This document shows, one piece after another, positions 1 to 11,121 of a stretch of DNA of 64,000 bases. Position 1 is the first letter of the stretch, and each line of letters begins with the position of its first letter. A program made the position numbers and the translations under genes. The notes beneath the pieces were generated by a model. The model made no database searches and was not told the origin of the DNA. It saw only the letters and a list, made by a program, of their open reading frames with translations. The stretch lies in the NCBI GenBank assembly GCA_003551705.1, contig PUNJ01000037.1, forward strand, positions 2,605 through 66,604. The letters are read 5' to 3'. The DNA is from Chloroflexota bacterium. Lineage in GTDB: Bacteria; Chloroflexota; Dehalococcoidia; UBA2247; RBG-13-53-26.

Positions 1-323
1 GGTGTGAATGGTTTCGCCAGACAGCCTAGCGCGCCCATGTTTCGTGCCTTCTCTTCGTCGCCGGGAAGTATCGCTCCCGTCATGATCAGGACTTGAGTGT
101 GGCGCAGTTCTTGGTTGGCTTTGATGGCAGCAAGAATATCCCATCCACAGATCTTTGGGATCTTTACATCCAACAGGACAAGATCAGGAAGTTCCTGGCT
201 GGCAGATGCCAGAGCCTGTTCGCCGTCCTTGGCGACGACTACGTCATAACCTCTTGACACCAGGTCAGCCGTAACAAGTTTCTGTATCACGGGTTCATCG
301 TCGATAAGTAGTATGGTAGGCAC
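1..323 (-). CDS. Response regulator receiver protein (CheY-like), runs off the window edge
   Basis: Not in the ORF track; translated by hand from GTG at 323 (GGAGG SD at 330-334): MPTILLIDDEPVIQKLV...DLVLLDVKIP...LIMTG...LAKPFT. Acidic pair, phospho-Asp, Thr and KP motifs are present. Confidence 0.85.
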   Translation of the reverse strand, partial: MPTILLIDDEPVIQKLVTADLVSRGYDVVVAKDGEQALASASQELPDLVLLDVKIPKICGWDILAAIKANQELRHTQVLIMTGAILPGDEEKARNMGALGCLAKPFT

Positions 324-470
324 AAGAGACCTCCATGGCACGGACACTTCTTTGCCGTTGCCCTGATATGCTAAAAGAGTGAATCATTATCGATAATCTT
401 ATTTGCTGATCAGTTTATTTGTCAGCTACTAGAAGTTCAAAAAAGTGATACAAAAGGCTCAAGTTTCAGG

Positions 471-3400
471 TCAAGAGAGGGCTGCTTTCCCATCATTGGG
501 GTCCGGTCTCTTTCCCGCCAGCGCCCTATTGACTTCCTTTCTGAGTGAGATTGCATCGAATGGCTTGGTAATATGAGGTACGCCGATCTTTGCCAGGAAA
601 TCTCTGGTATCGGTGCCCATCACATCCCCGGTGATAAAGACTATCTGAGGCATATCCGGGCGTATGTTCCTGATCCTTTCGTGAAGCTCGGCACCACCTA
701 TATCCGGCAACTTGATATCGAGCATAACAAGGGAGTAAGGGCATTCTTCGAGGCGCATAATAGCTTCCCAGGCTGTGGCTGCTGTATCAACCTTGTGTCC
801 GTCAATAGCCAGAGCGCGACTCAGGAACTGCAACACAGACGGCTCGTCATCAACCACCAGGACTCTGGCAGGTTCCACCGATTCAGCACCGGCAGGGTGG
901 GTCTCGATATTATCTACCTCTTCGGCAAGTGAGCAGACTGGCAGTTCTACGACGAAAGTCGTTCCTTTGCCTGGTTGACTGTCCGCATAGATCCTGCCGC
1001 TGTGTTGTGTCACTATGGTGTGGCAGATGCTCAGGCCGAGACCGGTGCCCTGGCCAACCTCCCTTGTTGTGAAAAATGGGTCGAAAATCCGGTACAGGTT
1101 TTCCTGGGGAATACCCGGCCCATCATCCTCTACGGTGACCTTGATCATGCCTTTCTTGCATCCGGTCTTGATTGAGAGGCGTCCCTTGCCATGAGCGAGC
1201 TTCATCTCCGTTTCAGCGTTAATCAGGATGTTTAGAAACAGTTGCTGTAGCTGGCTGCTATCGGCCATGGTGCTCGGAAGATCGGGAGCCAGATGTTTCT
1301 CGACTTCTATCTTGTTGGTTTCCATTTCGTAGGCACGCAGATTCAGGTTTGTCTTAATGATGTCATTGATGTCTACCTGACGACGTTCGGGCTTCTGTTG
1401 CCTGGCGAAAGTCAGCAGACCTCTGACAATGCCGGCCACCCTTTGCGCACTCTCATTGATAATTTCAACCTCGGTACGAACATCATCCGGGAGTTCTCGC
1501 TGCATCAGCAATTGGGTAAACCCTACTACTCCCGTCAGAGGATTATTGATCTCGTGAGCGATGCCAGCTGCCATCATGCCTACGGTAGCAAGCCTGCTGG
1601 CAAGATGTGCTTTCTGCTCAAGTTCCTTTCGTTCAGCTTCTGATCGTTTGCGCTCTGTGATGTCCTGTAGCTGTACAAGATAGCCCTTCAGGGGCCCGCC
1701 TTCATGCAAGGTTAGTGGCGTTATCAGGGCATCTATATATAACCCCGTAGCCCGATCTTCCGTCCCGGTAATCCGCCTGCTCTCAATGATCAGTTCCGAC
1801 CTGGCTATCTCGCCTCGTTGAAGCTTGTTCTTGACCTGTTGCGGGATATTCGGGTCTTCAAAGAGTCCGTACCACTTGCCCAGGACTACACCGTCTTCTG
1901 CTTCCGAGAGGCCGAACATGCTGAAACAAGCCTTATTGGCGCCTATGAGCTTGCCTCGGGCATCTCGTATCTGAATCCCTATGGGAGACTCCGCATAGAT
2001 GCTCCGAAACCATCGCTCCTGTTCCTCCAAGGCCTTTTCCGTGTGCTTGAGTTCGGTTACGTCCATGAAGTTTCCAAGGGTGGCTCTTCTGCCCTGGTAT
2101 AGGATGGAGGTGACCGTTTCCATCACCCATTTGACCTTGCCGCTCTTAGTGACATATCGAAATTCGTACGGTGCGGCTCTCTTGCCCTTCAGCATTCTGA
2201 CGGCGTTTTTCTTGACCAGAGTTCGATCATCGGGGTAGACAACGCTCATGGACTCCATGCCGATAAGAGAACCATGGCGATAGCCCAGTAGTCTTTCGAA
2301 ACTCGCGTTGATGAAACGGAACTTGCCATCCTGCAAGATGTAAAGGCCTATTGGTGAACTGGTGAAGGCTGTGCTCAAGAGACCCTCTGCTTGTTTTCGC
2401 TGGGTTATGTCCCGAGCTACGCCCACCATGCCCGCAGTCCGGCCTTCGCTGTCGCGCAAGAACGATACCCGGACCTCTGCCCAGACGGTGTGTCCGTCTT
2501 TGTGGTTCATTTCCAACTCAATGATCCGGCCCTTGAGATGCCCTGGATAGTTGGCGAGATCCGTGCCAGCAAGGCCTGCCCGAGCCATCTGGACAGAGGC
2601 AGGGGTCAGGCTCTCTTCCATGGTGCGGTCCATGGCTTCTTCAACGCTGTAGCCGAGAAGCCGTGTAATGGATGGACTCAGGTAAGTGGGGCGCAGGGTT
2701 TCCAAATCAATCACCCATAGTACGTCGCCAACATTATCAGCCAGCAAGCGGTATCGTCTCTCGCTTTCCTGCAGGGCCTCCTCAGCTTTCTTGAGTTCAT
2801 GCACATCGATGAGGTTGCCGAGTGCAGCTCTTCTGCCCTGATACACTATTGACGTTACCGTTCCCATAGCCCACCTGAAGGAACCGTCCGCGGTCAGGTA
2901 CCTGAATTCGTACGGCGACGATGCTTGGCCTTTCAGCATGCTTATCGCCGCATCCCTGACCCCCTTCCTGTCGCTTGCCATCACGAATCTGGTCGGGTCC
3001 TTGCCCAGCAATTCATGTTGTCTCAGACCCAGAAACCTCTCCAGGCTGGAATTGACGGCGCGCAATTTACCGTCTTGGACTATATACATGCCTATGGGAG
3101 AACTCAGAAATGACGTTCTTAGAAGCTCTTCAGCCTGGTGTCTCTCGGTGACATCGCGTACCAGACCCAATATGGCCGGTCGGTCATCGTAGTTAATCAG
3201 GCCAGCGGAGACCTCAACCTCCTTAATGCTCTCATCTTTGCACAGTAACTGTGTTTCGAAGACAGGCGGCACCCTCTGTCCCGACATCCTTGTCTCGTAA
3301 AGCGTGGCTATCAGTTCTCTGCTGTCAGGGGCCACGAGTCCTGTAAAATTAGCGAGGCCGGTGATCTCTTCCGTTGAATAGCCTGAAATTTGAGCAAAAG

Positions 3401-4250
3401 CATTGTTTACAAACCTGTAGACCCCGTCCTGCACTATCAACAGACCGTCCCTGGCTTGTTCGACCAATGCCGCGTAATTGGCCTCCGATTTCCTAAGTTC
3501 TTCCTCTGTCCTCTTTCTGGCCCGGATCTCATTCCTTAGTTCACGATTGAGCTCTTTGAGCTGGGCCGTGCGGGTCTCGATTGTCTTCTCCATATTCGTT
3601 TGAACAGCACGTAGAGCTTCTTCGGCCTGGCGACGTTGAAGAGCTACAGCGGCTTGGCTCATGAATACTTCTACCATGCCTTTGTTCATGAGTTCCGTGC
3701 CCTTCTTCGTAAGAACGAATGCGCTTCCGAACACGCTGCCGTTGCAGGCGAATCCCATGGCGTACGTATTTCCTAGCTGCAATACGCTTTCCATCTCCAT
3801 GCACGTCTGCTGAGGCAGGCTGCCCGAAAAAAGCTGAAACAGACCGCCCGGCAAGTGTTCGACCCGGCCGCTGCTCAGCCCTGAACGTGCTTCGTCGCAG
3901 ATAGGGACGCTTAGTCCCAGCGGTTCCCTGCCCAAGATGGTCCTGAGCGTGTCTGAATGCTGATCAACGCCCAGCAGTCCCTGAAGGCAGAAGGATTGAC
4001 TGGTTTCGCTAAACGAAGAAACACCCACTATGTATCCTCCGGATACATCTTTGAGCCGTTGGGTGATAAATTGGTAGATATTACTGGTAGGGGGCAACTG
4101 CACAAAATCTACGGCTATCTGAGCCAGAATGGCCAGGTCTTCCTGCGTTCCTGCTACGCATAATTCTAGGTCGGCAATACGCTGTTTCAGGGCCTCGTAT
4201 TCAGATGACGCCTGATCCATTTCATCCTTTACCAGTCTCCTCTTTTCCAT
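471..4250 (-). CDS. Hybrid sensor histidine kinase (GAF-like, 5 PAS, HisKA, HATPase, C-terminal REC)
   Basis: H-box [10 protein letters not shown]-box NILINA, G boxes [36 protein letters not shown]; repeated PAS-PAC ends (RDVTER, RDITQR, QDITER). Confidence 0.93.
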   Translation of the reverse strand: MEKRRLVKDEMDQASSEYEALKQRIADLELCVAGTQEDLAILAQIAVDFVQLPPTSNIYQFITQRLKDVSGGYIVGVSSFSETSQSFCLQGLLGVDQHSDTLRTILGREPLGLSVPICDEARSGLSSGRVEHLPGGLFQLFSGSLPQQTCMEMESVLQLGNTYAMGFACNGSVFGSAFVLTKKGTELMNKGMVEVFMSQAAVALQRRQAEEALRAVQTNMEKTIETRTAQLKELNRELRNEIRARKRTEEELRKSEANYAALVEQARDGLLIVQDGVYRFVNNAFAQISGYSTEEITGLANFTGLVAPDSRELIATLYETRMSGQRVPPVFETQLLCKDESIKEVEVSAGLINYDDRPAILGLVRDVTERHQAEELLRTSFLSSPIGMYIVQDGKLRAVNSSLERFLGLRQHELLGKDPTRFVMASDRKGVRDAAISMLKGQASSPYEFRYLTADGSFRWAMGTVTSIVYQGRRAALGNLIDVHELKKAEEALQESERRYRLLADNVGDVLWVIDLETLRPTYLSPSITRLLGYSVEEAMDRTMEESLTPASVQMARAGLAGTDLANYPGHLKGRIIELEMNHKDGHTVWAEVRVSFLRDSEGRTAGMVGVARDITQRKQAEGLLSTAFTSSPIGLYILQDGKFRFINASFERLLGYRHGSLIGMESMSVVYPDDRTLVKKNAVRMLKGKRAAPYEFRYVTKSGKVKWVMETVTSILYQGRRATLGNFMDVTELKHTEKALEEQERWFRSIYAESPIGIQIRDARGKLIGANKACFSMFGLSEAEDGVVLGKWYGLFEDPNIPQQVKNKLQRGEIARSELIIESRRITGTEDRATGLYIDALITPLTLHEGGPLKGYLVQLQDITERKRSEAERKELEQKAHLASRLATVGMMAAGIAHEINNPLTGVVGFTQLLMQRELPDDVRTEVEIINESAQRVAGIVRGLLTFARQQKPERRQVDINDIIKTNLNLRAYEMETNKIEVEKHLAPDLPSTMADSSQLQQLFLNILINAETEMKLAHGKGRLSIKTGCKKGMIKVTVEDDGPGIPQENLYRIFDPFFTTREVGQGTGLGLSICHTIVTQHSGRIYADSQPGKGTTFVVELPVCSLAEEVDNIETHPAGAESVEPARVLVVDDEPSVLQFLSRALAIDGHKVDTAATAWEAIMRLEECPYSLVMLDIKLPDIGGAELHERIRNIRPDMPQIVFITGDVMGTDTRDFLAKIGVPHITKPFDAISLRKEVNRALAGKRPDPNDGKAALS

Positions 4251-4261
4251 GCTTGAGGAGG

Positions 4262-4290
4262 AATTTACTATTGCTGGGCCGGTAAGTCAA
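4262..4290 (-). promoter_or_regulatory. Sigma70-type promoter of the kinase
   Basis: Minus strand TTGACT-N17-TAAATT, 11 nt before the ATG; no SD. Confidence 0.55.
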
Positions 4291-4321
4291 TATGGTCCGG
4301 CAACGGTCGTGATAATGGAAG

Positions 4322-4918
4322 TCATGCTTGCGCGCCGCGGCTGTTGCACCTGAACGTCCTTACCAGATGCATCAACTTGCCTCTGGCGCGTTCCGCACTG
4401 ATATGGTTTCTTGACAGGCTGCTCAGAATGGCGCTTATCTCGATCTGCAGTCCTAATGCATCCAGCCAGTCCTTCTCCAGTATTCTGACCACAGGCGATT
4501 GCCGCCCTGACTCCAGTCCTGAGTTATAGTGCAGGTAATCAGCCAGGTCCCCTGCAGGCCCATCGAGGATTTGCCGTTGTGATTCTGTAAGAAGAGGACT
4601 TTCCAGTACTTTCTCGCAGAAATACAGGCGGCACTTGGCCGGCCGGTAGGCATAGATGGGGCAGCGTTCAAATTCCGGATGATAGAAGCCGCAGGCGATT
4701 CTTCGACAGCATGCCCCACCGCAATCTACGCATACCTGGGCAGCAACGGACTCGAGGGCCTTTATGGTCCTGAAGACTCGGGGACCGAGCAGGTATCGAC
4801 TTTCCCTTGCAGTGACAAAGACGGCCTTTCCCCGAGCCCTCATGCCACAGCTTGAGGTATTCGTGGTGGTGTGTGCTTCGCAGTCGATTTGGCTTATGCG
4901 CCCAGTATTGGGCCTCAT
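4322..4918 (-). CDS. YkgJ-like CxxCxxCC Zn/Fe-chelating domain protein
   Basis: CVDCGGACCRRIACGF...CPIYAYRPAKCRLYFC. Start moved to ATG 4918, 6 nt after an extended -10 TGtTATACT; ATG 4843 is an alternative. Confidence 0.6.
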   Translation of the reverse strand: MRPNTGRISQIDCEAHTTTNTSSCGMRARGKAVFVTARESRYLLGPRVFRTIKALESVAAQVCVDCGGACCRRIACGFYHPEFERCPIYAYRPAKCRLYFCEKVLESPLLTESQRQILDGPAGDLADYLHYNSGLESGRQSPVVRILEKDWLDALGLQIEISAILSSLSRNHISAERARGKLMHLVRTFRCNSRGAQA

Positions 4919-5053
4919 GAGGGGAGTATAACAAGACTTCCTGCGGAGGGAAAGAAATCGGACTTCCTGGGACAAGTTCCAAGTATGCCGGCAGGAAGCA
5001 GCCTTCGTACAGTAGCTGGTGCTCACTTCAAGCCCTTCCAGGTGGGACGCCGG

Positions 5054-6265
5054 CTATTTCTTCTTCTTGAGAGGACCGTCTGTATTACAGACGCACCTGA
5101 CACCGTCTTTGTCCATAGCGGCCACACAGCGGTTGCAGTGGTCGCAGTCTGATTGTGTCACCTCACCCCGCTGCATTTTATTAACGATATCCGGGTCCTT
5201 TATGATCGCTCTGCCGACCTGGACAAATTCGAAGCCCTCATTCATGGCCGTCTGCATGTTATCCAATGAGCAGATACCGCCAAGCAGGACCACGGGTATG
5301 TTGACGGCTGATAGTATCTGCCTGGCTCTATCCAGGAGAAACATGTCCTGATATTCATAATACTGGACCAGGAAGCTGCCGAAGAGGATAAGCCCGATTA
5401 TCTGTAAGGGGTTTTTCTGGTTGAAGGCCATCATCTTGATGGGCCGGTTGCCCCTTAGCATCATGAAGGGTGTCTTTGCGGTAAAACCGCAACTGGGTAT
5501 CAGGGCGCTGGCTCCGGCCTCCTCGAAGGCTTTGGCAACAACGACAGCATCCTCAATCTCGAGGGCATTCTTTATTCCATCGGTGGTGTTCATTTTGACG
5601 AAGATCGGGAAGTCTGGACCAACGGCTTCGCGAACATGCTGGACGACGGATTTAGGGAATCTTATCCGGTTCTCTAATGAACCGCCGTACTGGTCCTTGC
5701 GTTTATTGGTGTATGGTGAGAGGAACTGGCTGAGCAGGTAGCCATGTCCTGCATGGATTTCTATGGCGTCGAAACCTGCCTGGATGGCCATCTTGGCCGA
5801 CTGGCCGAACTGTTCTCTGACTTCGACGATATCCTGTTCATTCATCGGCCTGGGAAAGGACATCCGGTACGTGCAAAACTTGCGCGAGGCTCCTATGGGT
5901 TGATGGCCGATGGCAGATCTTGAGGCGAAGAAGCCGCAGTGTCCTAGCTGGACGGAGGCTGCACCGCCCTCTGCATGGATGGCGTCAGTGAGTCTCTTGA
6001 GGTCTGGCAGCACTTCCTGTCGCATCCAGAGTTCGTGACCATAGGCCCGGCCATCCCTGGCTACGGAGCAGTAGGCCACCGTGGTCATAGCAGTGCCACC
6101 TGCTGCTACCGCCCGGTGGTGCTCTATGAGTTCATTGGATACGCAACCTTCAGGACACATGCCTTCAAAACAGCCTGCCCTGATGATACGATTACGAAGT
6201 TGCAGGCTGCCGATCTTGGCAGGCATGAAGACCTTGCCGGTTTTGGCTTCGGCCTTTTGTGTCAT
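5054..6265 (-). CDS. NADH:flavin oxidoreductase (Old Yellow Enzyme family)
   Basis: LRNRII, QLGHCG, GFDAIEIHAGHGYLLSQFLSPYTNKRKDQYGGSLENR, C-terminal CDHCNRC. Confidence 0.92.
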   Translation of the reverse strand: MTQKAEAKTGKVFMPAKIGSLQLRNRIIRAGCFEGMCPEGCVSNELIEHHRAVAAGGTAMTTVAYCSVARDGRAYGHELWMRQEVLPDLKRLTDAIHAEGGAASVQLGHCGFFASRSAIGHQPIGASRKFCTYRMSFPRPMNEQDIVEVREQFGQSAKMAIQAGFDAIEIHAGHGYLLSQFLSPYTNKRKDQYGGSLENRIRFPKSVVQHVREAVGPDFPIFVKMNTTDGIKNALEIEDAVVVAKAFEEAGASALIPSCGFTAKTPFMMLRGNRPIKMMAFNQKNPLQIIGLILFGSFLVQYYEYQDMFLLDRARQILSAVNIPVVLLGGICSLDNMQTAMNEGFEFVQVGRAIIKDPDIVNKMQRGEVTQSDCDHCNRCVAAMDKDGVRCVCNTDGPLKKKK

Positions 6266-6585
6266 ATCTCCCCCCGTTTGGGCGTCCCGAGCATACTCAA
6301 GGCCTGGACGCTGACCACATTATATCGGATATCCGCAAGGGCCGCAAAAAGGGGAAACAGACCGGCAGGCCAGTCCTCCTCCATACTCGCCCATGGTTGA
6401 CAGCAGTGACAGGCTGGTACTATGATTTTGGTAGCATTCGTATGCGAGTCTCGATGCGGTCGAGAAAGGGCCTTCCAGGCTGCATTGGTCGGAATAATGT
6501 CCCCAGGGCTACCTAGGCGGATCCCACTCACGTCCAACGCTTGTAGCGTTCTGGGATAGCTTTGGCACCGGTTAAAGGAGGTCAT

Positions 6586-8064
6586 ATGGCACCCAAGTAT
6601 GATGCGATAATCATCGGGGCGGGGTACGGGGGCATCGTGTGCGGAGCACTGCTCTCGAAATGGGGCGTGAAGGTCCTCGTTTTGGACAAGAACAACCGGC
6701 CCGGCGGGAAGCAAATGCCATTCACCAAGAACGGTTTCAAGGGCGAGTGGTGGCCCACCTTCGGCATACCCCTGGAGCGAGGACCCTTCGTTGAAGCCTT
6801 TGCGGAGCTGGGGATCGAGTCCAATCTCAAGCTCATGCCAGGTTCTGCAGCCCTCATGTATAGACGACCCAGCGGGAAATGGGTTACCGCCGTCGATTCA
6901 CCCAAGTCCGAGATCGCCGACCCGACCGAAAACATGTTCAATGCCTGGCAGTTGAACGCAGAGGAACGCCAGACATCACTGCAAATCCTGGCCGAACTGG
7001 CGCTGATGTCACCTCAGGAACTGGATCCGCTCGATGACGTGCCCATCAAGGACTGGGTCGACAGTCACACTAACGTTCCCCCAGCTCTTCGCGGCTTCTT
7101 CGCTGTTCACGCCAACCTCATGGCCACCAACCTGTATGAACTTGTAGCGGCATCTGAAATGGCCAGAATAATGCAGATTTTCGCAGGGACCACCAAGAGC
7201 TATCCCAAGGGTGGTTACGGGCGGCTGATTATGGACCTGGTCAATTTCATCAAAGCGCATGGCGGCGATGTACAACTGCGGAGTCGAGTTGAACGCATCC
7301 TTGTCGAGGGTGGAAGAGCAGCAGGTGTAACTTGCAATGGCAAGGTTTTCAAAGCCCCCATCATTGTCAGCAATGCTGGAGTCCAGCCCACTGTCCTCAA
7401 GCTGCTGGGCGAAGAATACTTTGATAAGTTCTACGTGAATTATGTTAAGGAAATAGTGCCCAGCCTAGGTTTCACCTGTCAGAGATATGTCATGAGCAAG
7501 CCTGTACTGGAGCACGGGGTGTATATAGCCACTTCTGAGGACAGCTACATCGATGCCGCACGCCTCGACGATATGCATGCCGGCAAGTTCCCCGATGTCA
7601 TTTCGGTCTATGGCACCGTGCCTGCTCACTTCGATCCTGAAATGGCGCCTCCAGGCAAGCAGATGCTGCTCATAGGTACCTGGTGTTCTCCGGATCCTGC
7701 AGCCAGGGAGATCCGCGCACTGCAGAAGAAGGTGGATGAACAATTTGAGGAAATGCTTCCCGATGCTGCCCGGTTCGTGGAGACCAGGGAGGGTTACGTG
7801 GGTCCGGCCCATGTAGCGGCCATGAGCAGGGACCAGGTATTACCCGGGCTAGGCGGGGAAGCGGTAGGCCTTGCCGTGACAGTAGGATACTGCGGTAAGA
7901 ACAAGCCCAAGGCCAGGTCCCCGCTGCCCGGACTCTTTTTTGTCGGGCATGACGCAGGTGGTAGCGCTCTGGTTGGTACTCATCAGGCGGTCAGTTCGGG
8001 CATGAGAGTGGCACACCTGGTACGGAATTATTACTTCGAGCGAAAACTGGTTGAAAGGCTCTAG
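6586..8064 (+). CDS. FAD-dependent oxidoreductase, phytoene dehydrogenase-like (COG1233)
   Basis: DAIIIGAGYGG Rossmann motif, YPKGG, PLPGLFFVG; AAGGAGG SD before ATG 6586. Confidence 0.85.
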   Translation: MAPKYDAIIIGAGYGGIVCGALLSKWGVKVLVLDKNNRPGGKQMPFTKNGFKGEWWPTFGIPLERGPFVEAFAELGIESNLKLMPGSAALMYRRPSGKWVTAVDSPKSEIADPTENMFNAWQLNAEERQTSLQILAELALMSPQELDPLDDVPIKDWVDSHTNVPPALRGFFAVHANLMATNLYELVAASEMARIMQIFAGTTKSYPKGGYGRLIMDLVNFIKAHGGDVQLRSRVERILVEGGRAAGVTCNGKVFKAPIIVSNAGVQPTVLKLLGEEYFDKFYVNYVKEIVPSLGFTCQRYVMSKPVLEHGVYIATSEDSYIDAARLDDMHAGKFPDVISVYGTVPAHFDPEMAPPGKQMLLIGTWCSPDPAAREIRALQKKVDEQFEEMLPDAARFVETREGYVGPAHVAAMSRDQVLPGLGGEAVGLAVTVGYCGKNKPKARSPLPGLFFVGHDAGGSALVGTHQAVSSGMRVAHLVRNYYFERKLVERL

Positions 8065-8226
8065 GCAGAGGCATATCCCTTTAAGCTTTGCTCTCACCTT
8101 CTGGCAACTCCTTCGATACCGAAGGACAACCGCAAATGGTATGCGCGGTGCTAACCTTTATGTAATCAGACAATTGCATGCTATGCGCGGTTATACTGCC
8201 GGAATAGGAAGAAGGAGACAGTTAAG

Positions 8227-9456
8227 ATGACTATTAATCCGCTATCAGAGAAGGGCAGGCCAATTGAACAGCAAGTTAGCGCCTGGCCCAAAGTGAATGT
8301 TACCCCCTACAATAAGCGAGAAATTCACCCCTACACGAGGTCCCGGATCATCCTGATGAACGGGATCGAAGTTGAGGCCGTAATATTCAAGCATCAAGCG
8401 GCCAGACACACCAGTGACTTGGACATCAAAAGGGTTATTGCCCTAAGCCGGCACATAGAACAGCAACAGCAGAAGATGATCAACTGGCTGGTGCCTCACG
8501 ATGAGACCAGCCTCGAGGTTACCATTGGCTACGAGCAGGTAGCGGTGGACCTCACTGCCTATCTGGCGAGAACGGAACCGGACCCAAACGTGAAAGCCGC
8601 ACTCGACTTTGCTCTGCTGGAGGACTTTGACCATCTTTACCGCTATGCCAATTTGATGGAGATGACCGAAGGAAGGCAGGCTGAGGCTAACGTCCGTGAA
8701 TTGACCGAGATTATGCCTGGAAGGCCGACAGCGCTGGAGCACCGTCACCCCATGGACCTGATACGCATGCCCTATGATAATAAGACTGCAAACATACTGA
8801 CGAAGCTGCATGTACTGACCATCATCTCGGGCGAGCAACAGACCATGAATCTGTACATGAATATCGGTAATCGCGCAGAAAGCCCGCTGGCAAGGGGTCT
8901 CTACCTGGAGATTGGCCAGGTAGAAGAGCAGCATGTCAGTCATTATGAATCGCTTGCAGACCCTACTACGTCATGGTTTGAGATGTTGCTCCTCCATGAA
9001 TACAACGAGTGTTACATGTACTACTCATGCATGGAAACGGAAACAGACCCGCGGTTCAAGGATATGTGGCGAAGACACTTGGAGGATGAGATAACTCATC
9101 TTCACATTGCTGCCGAGTTGATGAAGAAACACGAAAAAAGAGACCCGGCAGACATCCTGCCGTCGCAATTTCCGGAACTAACCGTCTTTCAATCTAATCG
9201 TGACTATGTGCGACAGATACTGGGCACGCAGATCGACTTGACCTCACACAAGACTGACTTTATGCCTGTACAAGAACTCCCGGAAGATGCCCTGTATCCC
9301 AGTTTCCAGAAAACGGTTAACAGAGAAGGGGCTTTCAGCCAGCAGGTAATTGAGGAACATATAGGCCGTTTCGGGGCCGACTACCGGCATGAGATTGAAG
9401 GACCTCATCCCGACCGGAGGCTGCGTACTCGTGAAAAGGTAGCCATGCCCGTCTAG
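8227..9456 (+). CDS. Tandem ferritin-like four-helix-bundle protein
   Basis: Repeated helical Glu/His motifs EDFDH, EEQH, EITH plus EQVA/EQQT/EYNE; AAGGAG SD. Confidence 0.65.
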   Translation: MTINPLSEKGRPIEQQVSAWPKVNVTPYNKREIHPYTRSRIILMNGIEVEAVIFKHQAARHTSDLDIKRVIALSRHIEQQQQKMINWLVPHDETSLEVTIGYEQVAVDLTAYLARTEPDPNVKAALDFALLEDFDHLYRYANLMEMTEGRQAEANVRELTEIMPGRPTALEHRHPMDLIRMPYDNKTANILTKLHVLTIISGEQQTMNLYMNIGNRAESPLARGLYLEIGQVEEQHVSHYESLADPTTSWFEMLLLHEYNECYMYYSCMETETDPRFKDMWRRHLEDEITHLHIAAELMKKHEKRDPADILPSQFPELTVFQSNRDYVRQILGTQIDLTSHKTDFMPVQELPEDALYPSFQKTVNREGAFSQQVIEEHIGRFGADYRHEIEGPHPDRRLRTREKVAMPV

Positions 9457-9498
9457 GCTTGAGACTTTGCGAAGCCGGCGCCTGGCCGGTCTGAATCG

Positions 9499-9536
9499 GA
9501 ACACCCTCTCCCGGAGTCAGGAGAGGGTGTTTCTTT
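9499..9536 (+). terminator. Intrinsic terminator
   Basis: 13-bp stem gaacaccctctcc/ggagagggtgttt followed by cttt. Confidence 0.8.
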
Positions 9537-9579
9537 GCCGTGTTTGGACACACGCAGACGAAATGCGTACTCGAGTGTA

Positions 9580-9630
9580 TTGACATTTGTCACCCCAGGC
9601 CTTATATATGGTGAAAACCATATAAGGGCC
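9580..9630 (+). promoter_or_regulatory. Sigma70 promoter with overlapping inverted repeat (operator candidate)
   Basis: TTGACA(9580)-N17-TATATA; palindrome tatatggt-gaaa-accatata at 9605-9624. Confidence 0.55.
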
Positions 9631-9732
9631 GTAATCTCGACAACTGGCACATAAACAATTTCCATGCACAGGAGGACCTATTCGAGAAGTCTGATGTGGA
9701 CCTAAGAGAAATGAAATGAAAGGAGAGTTGAC

Positions 9733-10980
9733 ATGCCCCGAAGAGCTGCCAAGGTCATTGGCCTGATATTTATGGCCCTGACTCTAGTTGCGCTACCTGT
9801 TGTGGTGGGATGTGGGGACGATGCTGATGCCGACGCCCGGGTGACCATCGGCTTCCTGGGAGACTTTACCGGACCCGGTGCCGAGACTTGCATTCGCGTT
9901 GATAAGGGTATGCGAGACTTTCTGCGACATGCGAAAGAGCATGACCCTATTCCTGGCGTTGACCTAAGGGTGATCACTTACGATAGCCGTCTCGAATATT
10001 CCAGGGTTGTGCCTGGATATCTATGGCTGAAGGGCCAAGGTTCGGACATTATTCTCAATTTCAACGCAATGTATACCCCGATGTTGGTGGACAATCACCA
10101 AAGGGACGGTCTCGCGTCTTTCTGTTTCAACGCCATGCAAAGTACCATGGGTGAAGACTACATGTACAGCTTCAGTGTTGACTACATAACTGAAGGTGAG
10201 GCATCCATAGAATGGTTGGTACGGGACTGGGAAGAAAACGGAGAAGACCGGCCCATGAAATTGGGCTACGTGGGTTTAAGGGGTATGGTTTCTGATACGG
10301 AAATTGGAAACGTTATGAAGAACCTTGCAGAGACCACCTACAAAGGGCAGGTGGAATTCAACTGGCAGTCCGCCCCCTTGGGGACCACAACCTGGTCCAA
10401 CGAGATCAACAGACTGCGAGGCTCCGATGTCATCTTTCTTAACCTGGTCGGGCCTTCGCTGGCGAGCTTCCTGAATGAAGCCGTGGCCAGGGGATATGAA
10501 GGAGGATACCTCGGTAGCACCATATCGCTGATGGGCTTCTGGAGCTTGGTCAGGGGATCTGTGCCGCTGGACAAGATCGATGGAATCAGGGCCATTCACG
10601 CTCAGATGCTGTGGACTGACGGCACGGAGTTTATGGATGATGTGGAACATTGTCTGCAAACTTACCGGGCCCCTGCTGAGGCAGCAAATTTGAAGATGTG
10701 TACAAGCTATCCTTCGGGCTATCTATTTGCCTGGATGCTATATGAGACCGTCAAACTTGCAGCAGATAAGGTCGGGCCGGAAAATGTGGACAGCGAGGCC
10801 CTGAACCAGGCTCTGCAAGAGCTTGAGATGGATGTGGACGGCTGGGGCGAACCTTGGAAGGCATGCGAAGATACTAACGTCATGCACAGGACTTACCGTA
10901 TAATTGAATACGTGCACGATCAAGATGACTGGTTTGAAGTAGACGGCGGCGGCTGGTTCCTACCCGAAAACTTCAAGTAG
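9733..10980 (+). CDS. ABC-type substrate-binding lipoprotein (LivJ/Peripla_BP_6-like), no permease nearby
   Basis: Signal peptide ending VVVGC, IGFLGDFTGPGA, YDSRLE motifs. Confidence 0.82.
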   Translation: MPRRAAKVIGLIFMALTLVALPVVVGCGDDADADARVTIGFLGDFTGPGAETCIRVDKGMRDFLRHAKEHDPIPGVDLRVITYDSRLEYSRVVPGYLWLKGQGSDIILNFNAMYTPMLVDNHQRDGLASFCFNAMQSTMGEDYMYSFSVDYITEGEASIEWLVRDWEENGEDRPMKLGYVGLRGMVSDTEIGNVMKNLAETTYKGQVEFNWQSAPLGTTTWSNEINRLRGSDVIFLNLVGPSLASFLNEAVARGYEGGYLGSTISLMGFWSLVRGSVPLDKIDGIRAIHAQMLWTDGTEFMDDVEHCLQTYRAPAEAANLKMCTSYPSGYLFAWMLYETVKLAADKVGPENVDSEALNQALQELEMDVDGWGEPWKACEDTNVMHRTYRIIEYVHDQDDWFEVDGGGWFLPENFK

Positions 10981-11025
10981 TGTAGCAAGTGTGAAGGTCT
11001 GAAATCAGGCCATGGTATGATTTAG

Positions 11026-11056
11026 CCGGAAGCCTCTGCCGGACAGGGGCTTCCGG
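11026..11056. terminator. Hairpin between convergent genes
   Basis: ccggaagcctctg/caggggcttccgg stem. Confidence 0.6.
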
Positions 11057-11121
11057 TCATTGCCATGCAATGCCGGCCAGTGGCAACGGTTGGTGGAAGA
11101 AGATTACTGCAACTGCGGAAA

